A stretch of 64,000 nt of DNA from Dehalococcoidia bacterium (GTDB lineage: Bacteria; Chloroflexota; Dehalococcoidia; Lucifugimonadales; UBA3495), in assembly GCA_965232835.1 (NCBI GenBank), contig OZ247426.1, forward strand, positions 924,974 to 988,973, given 5' to 3'. This document shows, in pieces, positions 45,612 through 54,329 of the stretch; the stretch's first letter is position 1; each line of letters starts with the position of its first letter. Both the position numbers and the translations under genes were made by a program. Below the pieces are notes generated by a model, which worked only from the letters and a program-made list of their open reading frames with translations, was not told the DNA's origin and made no database searches.

Positions 45612-45650
45612 GAAATCGGCTGACGGGCCGTGTGCCCGGTTAAGGGAACG

Positions 45651-45683
45651 CCTCCATCCCAACCCTTTCCCGTAGGGAGAGGG
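45651..45683. repeat. GGGAGAGGG-family hairpin repeat
   Basis: CCTCCATCCCAA-CCCTTTCCC-gta-GGGAGAGGG, between the Grx-like and Trx-like genes. Confidence 0.8.
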
Positions 45684-45711
45684 TGCGAATCTATACTGAG
45701 AGAGGAGCGTT

Positions 45712-46296
45712 ATGGCGAGAGAAACAAGTGTGGTAACCCCGGAAAGGTATTCCCAGGGTTTTGACTACATGGCGTACATGAACGAGATCAAGGTCAACAA
45801 GGCACGAATGGAAGGGTTTTACGACGATTCAGTCCTTTCGGAAAGCGACGTAAACGCGTTCCGGGAGCTGACCTCGCGGCCCAACGGCCCCAAGAAGATG
45901 CTGGTGCTGGGAGAGGACTGGTGCGGCGACGTGGTCCGCGGCCTGCCTGTGCTGGCGCGCATCTGCGAGGCGGCGGGGATGGAGATGCGCATCTTCCCCC
46001 GGGACTCGCACCACGACATCATGAATGAGTTCCTCAAGGAAGGGCAGTGGATGTCAATCCCGGTGGCCGTGTTCTATACCGGCGACCACGACTACATCTG
46101 CCACTGGATCGAGCGGCCTGCGATTGCCGAGCGGGAAATGCACCAGATCGAGGTCGACATCCGCGCCGAGAATCCCGACATCGACGACCAGGCTTTCGGT
46201 CGAGAGCGCCGCCAGCGCACCGCCGCCAAGGCCGACGAGTGGATCGCGGCGACGGTCGTCGAGATCAGGGAGCTGCTGGAGAAGAGCATCTCGTAG
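45712..46296 (+). CDS. Thioredoxin-fold family protein (single-Cys WCGD type)
   Basis: KKMLVLGEDWCGDVVRGLPVLARI...RIFPRD...MSIPVAVFY is a thioredoxin-like layout. RBS GAGAGGAG. Confidence 0.7.
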   Translation: MARETSVVTPERYSQGFDYMAYMNEIKVNKARMEGFYDDSVLSESDVNAFRELTSRPNGPKKMLVLGEDWCGDVVRGLPVLARICEAAGMEMRIFPRDSHHDIMNEFLKEGQWMSIPVAVFYTGDHDYICHWIERPAIAEREMHQIEVDIRAENPDIDDQAFGRERRQRTAAKADEWIAATVVEIRELLEKSIS

Positions 46297-46337
46297 GTCG
46301 CGCTCAATACGCAGCTGTCCCAACTCGCTCCATCAAG

Positions 46338-46368
46338 ACCGCCCGGAGGTTCTATCTACCCGGGCGGT
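46338..46368. terminator. Hairpin between convergent genes
   Basis: A 9-bp stem ACCGCCCGG / CCGGGCGGT with a 12-nt loop, followed by TTGCCTTTG. Confidence 0.5.
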
Positions 46369-46381
46369 TTGCCTTTGCCTC

Positions 46382-47707
46382 TCAGTCCGCATGGCTGGCT
46401 TGCACCGCAGCAGCTGCCCGGCGCCTCCGGCTCTCCCTCGCCGCCTCCGGAGATCCCAGGAACAGGAACAGTGAGGAACCAGCCAGGCTGACGACCGCGA
46501 CCACGGCCATCGGGATAGTGTAGCTCTGGGTGGCGTCGAACATGATGCCGGCGAACAGCGGGGATGCGAGGAGCATTACGTTCATCGGGATCATGGACAT
46601 CCCGGTTATGCTGGCGAAGGCCTTGCGCCCGAAATAAACGCCCCGGATGGCCGTCGTCAATGGGTTGCGTCCACCGAACCCGATGCCCATCAGCACGGCG
46701 AACAGATAGGCCATCCACAGGTTATCCGCAAACATCAACACCACCACCGACCCCGACTGAATCACCGAGAACCCAAACAGCGCCAGCCGGATCGGGAGGC
46801 GGTCCCCCACGTACCCACCGACGAGGGTGAACACTGCGGCCACTCCGGTATACGCTCCCACAACCCAACCAATGGTCTGCAGCGAGAATCCGCGGTCGTC
46901 CAGCATCGGCCCCAGGTGCACGGTCAGGGTTACTATCACGATGGACGAGCACGCATGACCCATGGTTATGATCCAGAAGGTGCTGGTGCGAACCGCCTCC
47001 TGCCAGGTGAAGTCGGGCTCATCGCTGTCAGGCGCAGAGGAGGCGGAGGACTGCCTGGGACGGGCCGTCGGCTCGCCGTCGGGGAACAGCCCGTAGGGTT
47101 CGGGTGCGTTTCGAATGAGACGAGATACAGGAAGTGCCACAACCACCAGAAATATGCCAATGGCCAGCGCGGTCACACGCCATCCGGGGCGTCCCGGCAC
47201 GTCGGGGTCGATGACGAAGGCGAGCAGCGGCACCAGGGCCATCCCGCCCACCAGGAATCCCTCCATCGCCAGGGCCATGGCCGTCGACCGGTTGCGGACG
47301 AACCAGTTGTTCAGCACGGTCATCATGGGCATCCAGGTGCCGAGACCAACGCCCATGCTCATCACCACGAAGGCGATGTAGAAGTGCCAGATGTTCTGCA
47401 TCTGGCTCATGATGACGAAGCCACCGCCGGCCACCACCAGCCCGATGAGCACCATTCGTCGGGAGCCCAGCCTGTCGATCAGGTAGCCGCTGATGGGGCC
47501 CATTATCGAGCCCTCCACCCGGCTGAGGGAGAAGGCAATTGAGAGCTGGGTCCGCGACCAGTTGAAATGGCTCTCCAGTACCACGAACCACGCGGTCATT
47601 CCCTGGAACAGCGGGACGGTGCCGATGACCATGACGAAGGCCGCGACGCCCACCAGCGTCCAGCCGTAGAAGAGCCCGCGCGGCGAAAATGAGCGCCCCA
47701 TGTTCAT
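46382..47707 (-). CDS. MFS transporter (oxalate/formate-antiporter-like), tandem paralog 1
   Basis: FYGWTLVGVAAFVMVIG..., GYLIDRLGSRRMVLIGL, 12 TM segments. Clear similarity to the adjacent 47783-49162 product. Confidence 0.88.
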   Translation of the reverse strand: MNMGRSFSPRGLFYGWTLVGVAAFVMVIGTVPLFQGMTAWFVVLESHFNWSRTQLSIAFSLSRVEGSIMGPISGYLIDRLGSRRMVLIGLVVAGGGFVIMSQMQNIWHFYIAFVVMSMGVGLGTWMPMMTVLNNWFVRNRSTAMALAMEGFLVGGMALVPLLAFVIDPDVPGRPGWRVTALAIGIFLVVVALPVSRLIRNAPEPYGLFPDGEPTARPRQSSASSAPDSDEPDFTWQEAVRTSTFWIITMGHACSSIVIVTLTVHLGPMLDDRGFSLQTIGWVVGAYTGVAAVFTLVGGYVGDRLPIRLALFGFSVIQSGSVVVLMFADNLWMAYLFAVLMGIGFGGRNPLTTAIRGVYFGRKAFASITGMSMIPMNVMLLASPLFAGIMFDATQSYTIPMAVVAVVSLAGSSLFLFLGSPEAARESRRRRAAAAVQASHAD

Positions 47708-47782
47708 GAATTGTCCACTGGGATAAACGGCGATTCCGTGAGGCAGGAAACGCTGAATGTCTCAAGGCTGCAAGTGGCCATC

Positions 47783-49162
47783 CTAGGAATCGCCCGCTGC
47801 CGCGCTGGCAACCCCGTCTTCATTCACAGAGACAGGAGCGGGCTGGGTTCCCGAAAGCCTGGGCCGCCGCGCTATTAGGAACAGCAGGGCGCCAATGCCA
47901 TTCAGTCCGGCCAGGGAAATGAAGGCCAGGTCATAGTCTCCAAGCTGATCCCGCATGAATCCTGCCATGGGGCCGGCTACAAGGAGCATGGCGTTCATCG
48001 GCAGTGTCGAGATCCCCAGTATTTTCCCGAAAGATGCCCGACCGAAATAGTCGCCCCTGATGGCAGTGGTCAGCGGAGTCCGCCCTCCAAAACCTATGCC
48101 GAACAGGACGGCGAACAGGAAAATCATTGCCAAATTCGGCGCAAGTACCAGTACGACAACAGCCACGGCCTGGAGTGCCGTGAAAGCAAACAGGGCCACG
48201 TTTTTCGGAACGCGATCTCCGATGTATCCACCAGCAAACTGGAACACAATGGATACTGCGGTGTAGACGATCACCAAGCTGGCGGTGACCTGAACCCCGT
48301 AGCCCAGGTCCTTCATCAGAAGACCGAGCTGGGACATGATGGCGAGGATTATCATTGAACCAAGCCCGTGGCCAAAGGAGATGCACCAGAAGGCTTGAGT
48401 ACGCAACGCCTGGCGAACGGTGAGACCGTCCTCAACCTCAACGGGATCAGGGCCCGGGTCATCCCCAGAGACTGCGGAACGAGTTTCTCTATAGTCTCCG
48501 TCCGGGTTCAATCCCCGGTCTTCCGGCCTGCTGAAAATGAATCTCGGCAGTATCAGGGCGCAGACGAATACGATGCAGGCGACGAGCAGCCCAGTGTTGC
48601 GCCAACCCAGCCGCCCCTCTGTATCCTCCCCGTCCCACGGGAAGGACGGGAGCCAATCCAGCCGCAAGACCTCCGGGTCGATAGCCCAGGCGATGGCCGG
48701 AACGATGGTCATGGCACCGACGCCCATACCGACCATCACGATTCCCATGGCGGTCCCGCGCTGCCTGACGAACCAATGGTTCATCAGGGTCATGAGGGGA
48801 ACCCAGCCGCCCAACCCCTGGCCCATTGACAGAAGGATAAACGCGACCAGAAACCACCAGAAGCTATGAGTGAAGGCAAAGAATACAAAGGCGGCGGAAA
48901 GGGCCAGCAGCCCGATCATCACCATTCGTCGAGCACCGAAGCGGTCAGCCAGGTATCCCTCGAGCACTCCAAACAGACCGCCTTCGACCCTCGTCATGGT
49001 CAGTGCCAGGCTGAGCTGAAACCTGGACCATTCCGGGAACGTGGACTGAATGGCGACGACCCAGACCGCGTTGGCGTGGAACACCGGGACCGAAGTGATA
49101 GCCATTACTATGCCGGCGACTACAGTGAGCCACCAGCCGTAGAAAATCTTACGTTCCCTCAA
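47783..49162 (-). CDS. MFS transporter (oxalate/formate-antiporter-like), tandem paralog 2
   Basis: FYGWWLTVVAGIVMAIT..., GYLADRFGARRMVMIGL, 12 TM segments. Confidence 0.88.
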   Translation of the reverse strand: MRERKIFYGWWLTVVAGIVMAITSVPVFHANAVWVVAIQSTFPEWSRFQLSLALTMTRVEGGLFGVLEGYLADRFGARRMVMIGLLALSAAFVFFAFTHSFWWFLVAFILLSMGQGLGGWVPLMTLMNHWFVRQRGTAMGIVMVGMGVGAMTIVPAIAWAIDPEVLRLDWLPSFPWDGEDTEGRLGWRNTGLLVACIVFVCALILPRFIFSRPEDRGLNPDGDYRETRSAVSGDDPGPDPVEVEDGLTVRQALRTQAFWCISFGHGLGSMIILAIMSQLGLLMKDLGYGVQVTASLVIVYTAVSIVFQFAGGYIGDRVPKNVALFAFTALQAVAVVVLVLAPNLAMIFLFAVLFGIGFGGRTPLTTAIRGDYFGRASFGKILGISTLPMNAMLLVAGPMAGFMRDQLGDYDLAFISLAGLNGIGALLFLIARRPRLSGTQPAPVSVNEDGVASAAAGDS

Positions 49163-49530
49163 TTGTTCTCACTGCGGGGACGATTTTGCCATCTTCAGCA
49201 AACGCGAGCGGGCAAATCACAACGTTCGGTTGCGAGACGTTTTTCTCACCGGGAACTGGAGAAATCCATACTATTGGAGCGAAGTTATCATAGTGCACAA
49301 TACAGTCCGCTTCAAGGGTGTCGGTGCGCCTCTACTTCCATCTCGACGGCGACCAAAGTGAGTGGTTGTGACGGATTTACGCACTCGTTGCCAAGATTCC
49401 CAACCGGTGTGCGACATGGTAAATTAGCGGTCAACATCAACGAGTGGATTTGGCGGCCCCGGCCGTCTGAACCAAAGCGTGGGCCGGAATCGCGAAATCG
49501 CCCGGTGCTTACAGGCTTAACGGAGGGCCA

Positions 49531-50616
49531 ATGAAATACGGAATGTTTATGATGCCTTCGCATCCGCCGGAACGGCAGCTTTACGAGGCCCATCAGTGGG
49601 ATCTGGACTGTTTGCAGATGGGCGACGAGTTGGGCTTCTCGGAGGCGTGGATCGGAGAGCACTTCACCTCCCCGTGGGAACCTATCCCCGCCCCAGACCT
49701 GATGATCGCCCAGGCGCTTATGAGGACCAAGAACATCAAGCTGTGCACCGGCGTTCACCTCCTGCCCTACCACCATCCCGCCGAGTTGGCCTGCCGCGTG
49801 GCCTACCTAGACCACATGGCCCAGGGCCGGTTCATGTTTGGCATCGGCTCCAGCGGCCTGCCCACCGACTACCGCCTGTTCGACGTCGACGGGATGAACG
49901 GCCAGCACCGGCGCATGACCCGCGAGTCCATCGATATCATCCTCAAACTCTGGGAGAGTGATGAGCCTTTCGAGTACAAGGGCGATTTCTGGGACGTCAA
50001 CTACCCGGAGCCCATGCTGGACACGCTGCGGTTCTTCATCAAGCCGTACCAGAAGCCGCACCCGCCCGTGGGCGTGGCTTCCGTCAGCATAGGCTCGGAG
50101 ACACTAAAGATCGCCGGGGAGCGCGGCTTCATCCCCATGAGCCTGGCTTTCAACCAGGACTACGTCATCAGCCACTGGGACGCCATCGCGGAGGGCGCCG
50201 CCCGGGGTGGGCGGATCCCGAAGCGTTCGGATTGGCGCATCACCCGCGACGTGTGGGTTGCCGACTCAGACGACGAGGCCATGGACGGCGCGGTCAACGG
50301 GATGCTGGGCCGCGTCTGGGGCGACTACCTGCTGCCGCTGTTCAGCGCCTTCGGCCTGCTCCACGTCATCAAGCACGACTCCAGCGTGCCCGACGAGGCG
50401 GTGACGCCCGAATACATGGCGGAACACGTGTGGCTTGTCGGCTCCCCCGACACAGTGGAAAAGAGGCTGCTCAACCTCTACGAGATGTGCGGCGGATTCG
50501 GGACCTTGCTCACCCTGATATACGACAACATCGAAAACCAGAAGGCCTGGGAAAAGTCCATGAACCTCTTCGCCAACGACGTAATGCCCAGGCTTGCCGA
50601 ACTGAACCCCGACTAG
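49531..50616 (+). CDS. LLM-class (luciferase-like) flavin-dependent monooxygenase
   Basis: MKYGMFMMPSHPP..., LGFSEAWIGEHFTSPWEPIPAPDLMIAQAL, GRFMFGIGSSG. Confidence 0.88.
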   Translation: MKYGMFMMPSHPPERQLYEAHQWDLDCLQMGDELGFSEAWIGEHFTSPWEPIPAPDLMIAQALMRTKNIKLCTGVHLLPYHHPAELACRVAYLDHMAQGRFMFGIGSSGLPTDYRLFDVDGMNGQHRRMTRESIDIILKLWESDEPFEYKGDFWDVNYPEPMLDTLRFFIKPYQKPHPPVGVASVSIGSETLKIAGERGFIPMSLAFNQDYVISHWDAIAEGAARGGRIPKRSDWRITRDVWVADSDDEAMDGAVNGMLGRVWGDYLLPLFSAFGLLHVIKHDSSVPDEAVTPEYMAEHVWLVGSPDTVEKRLLNLYEMCGGFGTLLTLIYDNIENQKAWEKSMNLFANDVMPRLAELNPD

Positions 50617-50645
50617 ACCCGCAGGGTCTGATCGAACAAACAACG

Positions 50646-50678
50646 CGGGCCGTCCGAAATTCGGACGGCCCGTTTGCG
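50646..50678. terminator. Intrinsic terminator between convergent genes
   Basis: A roughly 12-bp GC-rich stem CGGGCCGTCCGA / TCGGACGGCCCG followed by TTTGCG. Confidence 0.7.
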
Positions 50679-50720
50679 TATCCAGGGTCGTAGGGTGCGG
50701 ATCGGCAGGTGGGCCATGAG

Positions 50721-51104
50721 TCAGCGTGCGTCGGCCAGTCCTTCGATCAGGTCAACGTAGTCGGCAACACCGCGGATCAAGTCGGGAATATCATCGTGCC
50801 AAACGCCTCCATAGAAGGCCTCGATATGCAGGTGATAGACCACATCGGAGAACAGTTGGCGCATCAGAATCCACTCAGCTCCCTGTTCTCTGGCCAGTGC
50901 TCGGATCCCCGCATCTATGTTTGTGCTCCTGGGGCTTTGCGTTCCGTAGATTTCCAGAACAACAGCCTGGGTCGCGTTGCGGGTGGCGCACCAAGCCTTC
51001 TCGGCGGCGTCACGCCAGTCGCCCGCCTCCAGCCGTGCCAGTGCCTCACGGTGGATAGCACGGGCGTCGCTAATCAGGTCTCTTGCCGAAGCGTTCTTGA
51101 GCAT
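50721..51104 (-). CDS. PaREP1/HEPN-like helical protein (orphan)
   Basis: DWRDAAEKAWCATRNATQAVVLEIYG......HLHIEAFYGG resembles the PaREP1-type pattern (AAEKxWGA...LH..FY). No nucleotidyltransferase partner ORF was found nearby. Confidence 0.45.
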   Translation of the reverse strand: MLKNASARDLISDARAIHREALARLEAGDWRDAAEKAWCATRNATQAVVLEIYGTQSPRSTNIDAGIRALAREQGAEWILMRQLFSDVVYHLHIEAFYGGVWHDDIPDLIRGVADYVDLIEGLADAR

Positions 51105-51305
51105 TACGTTTGCGTCTTGACCAGTACAATTGTTGGGGTCTATCTACAGGATAGAGCCGACCACGGAAATCGGCAACGGTCTAGGACCGGCGACGCTGAG
51201 CCCTGTCGATGTTACCCGTGCGACGCCCGGAGTTAATGCCGCCGTAACAAAACCGCCTCATAATGGAAGAAGCAATCGTTAACGCAACCGGAAAGGATAG
51301 ACGGA

Positions 51306-52688
51306 GTGGTTACTGTCTCAGATGCCAGATCTTTGGAATTTTACAACGAGTGGCAGGATGCCAACGGCGGCCTGAGGCCCCACTACCAGGGCCTGTCGGG
51401 GGCGATTGAGTCGGCGGGTTTCGAGAATCTCGCCTCCCGCTTCGCCGATGCCGGAAGGCGCGTCGGCCTGGACTCGGTCACCTTCTACCTGGATCCGGGC
51501 AGCTACCGGAACATGCCCACCGACTTTGTGCCCAGAGTGATTCCACTGGAGCACTGGGAGACCATAGCCGCCGGCGTTGAGCAGCGGCTCAGGTCAATCA
51601 ACAGGTTCCTGGCGGACCTCTACACCGGCCAGCAGGACATCGTTCCGGACGACGTCATCTACTCGTCCCAGCACTTCTATCCCGAAGTGCAGGGATTCCG
51701 CCCGCCGAAAGACATCTTCGTCCACATTTACGGCATTGATCTGGTGCACCTCGGGGACGGCCACTACGTGGTCCTGGAAGACAACCTGCGCATCCCCTCC
51801 GGCATCTCATACCAGCTGAAGGCCAGGGAGATGGCCGAAGAGCTGTTTCCGGAATTCACCAGCGCCTACAACATCGTGCCCTACGACATCCGGGACGCCT
51901 ACCTCGGGATGTTCCAGTCGCTGACGGACAATCCGGACCCGGTGGTGGTACTGCTGACCGATGGCAAATACGGATCGGCTTTTTTCGAGCACCGCTACCT
52001 GTCGGAATTGCTGGACATCCCGTTGGTGGAGGGTCCGGACCTGTACGTGGCACCTGACGGGTACGTTTACGCTCGCACCCTGGACGCCGACGTGAAGGTG
52101 GACATCATCTACCGCAGGGTGGAGGACCTGGACCTATTTGTTCCTGGGCTGGGCGATGCCTATCTCGACGGCAAGGTGGTCCTGGTTAATGGCATCGGCA
52201 CGGGGGCCGCAGACGACAAGCTGGTGTTTCTCTGGGTCCCGGACATGATCCGGCACTATCTGGGCCAGGAGGCAATTCTTACCCAGGCAACCAGCTACAA
52301 TCCGGCCGATGCGGAGAGCCGACGGTTCATGCTGGAAAACCTGGAGAGCCTCGTCATCAAGACCCGCCAGGGTTACGGCGGCCTGGGCGTTTTCGTTATG
52401 CCTGACTTGGGCGAGGGGTACAAGGCCAGGGTCGCCAACAACATTCTGCAAAATCCACTATCTTTCATTGCCCAGGAGACCTTGGATTTTTCGCAGCACA
52501 TGGTTTTTAATGAGGAGACTCGCAGTCTGGAGCCCCACCACGTCGACCTCCGCGTGTTCGCGGTGCAGAGCGGCGACGGGACGGTCTCGGTTTTTCCTGG
52601 CGGCCTTACGCGAGTTGCCCAGGCAGGCAGCAGAATCACAAACAACTCATCCGGCGGATTATGCAAACCAACGTGGGTAGTCCGATAG
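51306..52688 (+). CDS. Circularly permuted ATP-grasp type 2 protein (COG2308 / DUF404-DUF407 family)
   Basis: YNEWQDANGGLRPHYQGL..., the length, and the C-terminal LRVFAV..G....VFPGGLTRVA....ITNNSSGG are typical of this family. GTG start per the track. Confidence 0.8.
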   Translation: MVTVSDARSLEFYNEWQDANGGLRPHYQGLSGAIESAGFENLASRFADAGRRVGLDSVTFYLDPGSYRNMPTDFVPRVIPLEHWETIAAGVEQRLRSINRFLADLYTGQQDIVPDDVIYSSQHFYPEVQGFRPPKDIFVHIYGIDLVHLGDGHYVVLEDNLRIPSGISYQLKAREMAEELFPEFTSAYNIVPYDIRDAYLGMFQSLTDNPDPVVVLLTDGKYGSAFFEHRYLSELLDIPLVEGPDLYVAPDGYVYARTLDADVKVDIIYRRVEDLDLFVPGLGDAYLDGKVVLVNGIGTGAADDKLVFLWVPDMIRHYLGQEAILTQATSYNPADAESRRFMLENLESLVIKTRQGYGGLGVFVMPDLGEGYKARVANNILQNPLSFIAQETLDFSQHMVFNEETRSLEPHHVDLRVFAVQSGDGTVSVFPGGLTRVAQAGSRITNNSSGGLCKPTWVVR

Positions 52689-52708
52689 AAACTGTCACTG
52701 CATCGTTT

Positions 52709-53617
52709 ATGTATGCGGTCAGATACGGCTACTCGGATCCGGTGATCAATAACGACAATCAGCTGAGGATTTTCCCTCGCGAGGGAGAGGGCCAGACCAG
52801 TTCGTCCTCCCAGGTCTGGTCCATTCCAAGCGGCCGGGGTGTGGAGTTCAAGGACAGATTCGGCAACCGGGTCCACCGACTGCGTGTCATGCAACCTCAT
52901 ACCACCTTCATAGTCGCCGCCGCAGGAACTGTGCATCTTTCCCACGAGCCTCCGGCCCGGACGGAATTGCCAATCGCCGACCTGCTGGACCTGCCCGAAA
53001 GCTTTGAATATACGGCCATATCACCCCTCGTAGACCCGGAGACCGTGTCCGGCCCCGCGTACAACATTGCCGGAGGGACCGAATCGCTGCTCTCAGCCGT
53101 CGATGGAGTGGTGCAGTGGGTGTATGAGAACATTGTCTACAGGCGAGGGACCACCACGATTTCCACCACCGCTGACCAGGTGTTGGAATCCGGGGCGGGA
53201 GTATGCCAGGACAAGACTCATCTGGCTCTGGGCATGCTGCGGGCCTTGAAAATACCCTGCCGATACGTCAGTGGCCTGATCTGCGGTCAGACCGGTGAAA
53301 CCCATTCATGGGTTGAGTTCTACCATCCGCAGCAGGGGTGGCTGGGAGCCGACCCGACCAGGGGAGGCACTCTGCCGCCGGCGAGCGATTACGTCAAACT
53401 GGGAGTGGGGCGGGACTACACCGACGTTTCCCCGGTAACCGGTTCGTTTCTCTCCACCGGCGCCGCCGTGGATATCGCCGCCATCGCCGATGTGCGGCTG
53501 TCAGACACCATGCCCTCCCTTGAGGATGCCCTTCAACTGCTGGAACAGGCATACATAGTAAACAACCAACGCGGGACCTCAGGTCACTCGCTGGAAAACC
53601 CGGAGAAGGATTTATGA
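52709..53617 (+). CDS. Transglutaminase-like cysteine protease family protein (N-terminal Bact_transglu_N plus TGase core)
   Basis: N-terminus YAVRYGYSDPVINNDNQLRIFPR. The core has GAGVCQDKTHLALGMLRALKIPCRYVSG and ETHSWVEFY...GWLGADPT (a Cys-His-Asp triad). ATG 52709 is preferred; the track start 52661 would overlap the ATP-grasp gene by 28 nt. Confidence 0.85.
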   Translation: MYAVRYGYSDPVINNDNQLRIFPREGEGQTSSSSQVWSIPSGRGVEFKDRFGNRVHRLRVMQPHTTFIVAAAGTVHLSHEPPARTELPIADLLDLPESFEYTAISPLVDPETVSGPAYNIAGGTESLLSAVDGVVQWVYENIVYRRGTTTISTTADQVLESGAGVCQDKTHLALGMLRALKIPCRYVSGLICGQTGETHSWVEFYHPQQGWLGADPTRGGTLPPASDYVKLGVGRDYTDVSPVTGSFLSTGAAVDIAAIADVRLSDTMPSLEDALQLLEQAYIVNNQRGTSGHSLENPEKDL

Positions 53618-54147
53618 CAAACGCGGCCGATCCCAGGGCGGTATCTCGTGGTGCGGACCGATGGCTGACGGACTCCAGGGTCTACAACCTGGTGTGGCTG
53701 GGGCGCTGGATCGAGCGGGCTCAGACCATCGCCCGCGTGGTGCGATGGGCAGCAATGCAGGACACGGGAGCCACCCGGCACGACATTGAAGGCGTGCTGG
53801 AAATGGCAGCCAACATCAGGGGCCTCTCAGTGGGACATTCCGACACAGCACTGGACCTGCTGCTTACGCGTGACAGCAGCGCGTCCCTGCGCGGATGCCT
53901 GGAGGCTGCCAGGTTCAACGCAACTCACGTGGCTCCCGTCGAGGTACTGCAGATACTCGGCGAAGCGGTAGACGCGGTGCAGAAGGAAGGGCCGGCCATT
54001 ACCACCGCCGAAGAGGTCATCGGCTTTATGGACCGTTTGCTGCCCATCCTCGACAGGCTGCATTCGGCCATAGAGGAATCGTGGTTTCACTCGGCGCCAA
54101 TGTCGGAAGAGGAAGTCTATCGCCGCTTCGTGCAGCAACAGCAGTAA
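53614..54147 (+). CDS. Alpha-E domain protein (COG2307 / DUF403), short form (177 aa)
   Basis: VYNLVWLGRWIERAQTIARVV matches the alpha-E N-terminal signature (LYWmgRYlERAEntaR). There is a 4-nt overlap with the TGase gene. Confidence 0.65.
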   Translation: MTNAADPRAVSRGADRWLTDSRVYNLVWLGRWIERAQTIARVVRWAAMQDTGATRHDIEGVLEMAANIRGLSVGHSDTALDLLLTRDSSASLRGCLEAARFNATHVAPVEVLQILGEAVDAVQKEGPAITTAEEVIGFMDRLLPILDRLHSAIEESWFHSAPMSEEEVYRRFVQQQQ

Positions 54148-54280
54148 CCTTCCCGTATCCCGGTCCCACAGGCAGCCCGGTTCATGACCGGAGGGTGTTT
54201 ACTTCTCGCTCCCCACAGGAGAAAGGGCCGATTTGGAGCGAGGTCCTGCGTCAGCAGGCTGGCACCGAAAGAAGGGGGCT

Positions 54281-54313
54281 CCCTCACCCTAACCCTTTCC
54301 CAGAGGGAGAGGG
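54281..54313. repeat. GGGAGAGGG-family hairpin repeat
   Basis: CCCTCACCCTAA-CCCTTTCCC-aga-GGGAGAGGG. Confidence 0.8.
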
Positions 54314-54329
54314 AATTTGTAGCACCCGC

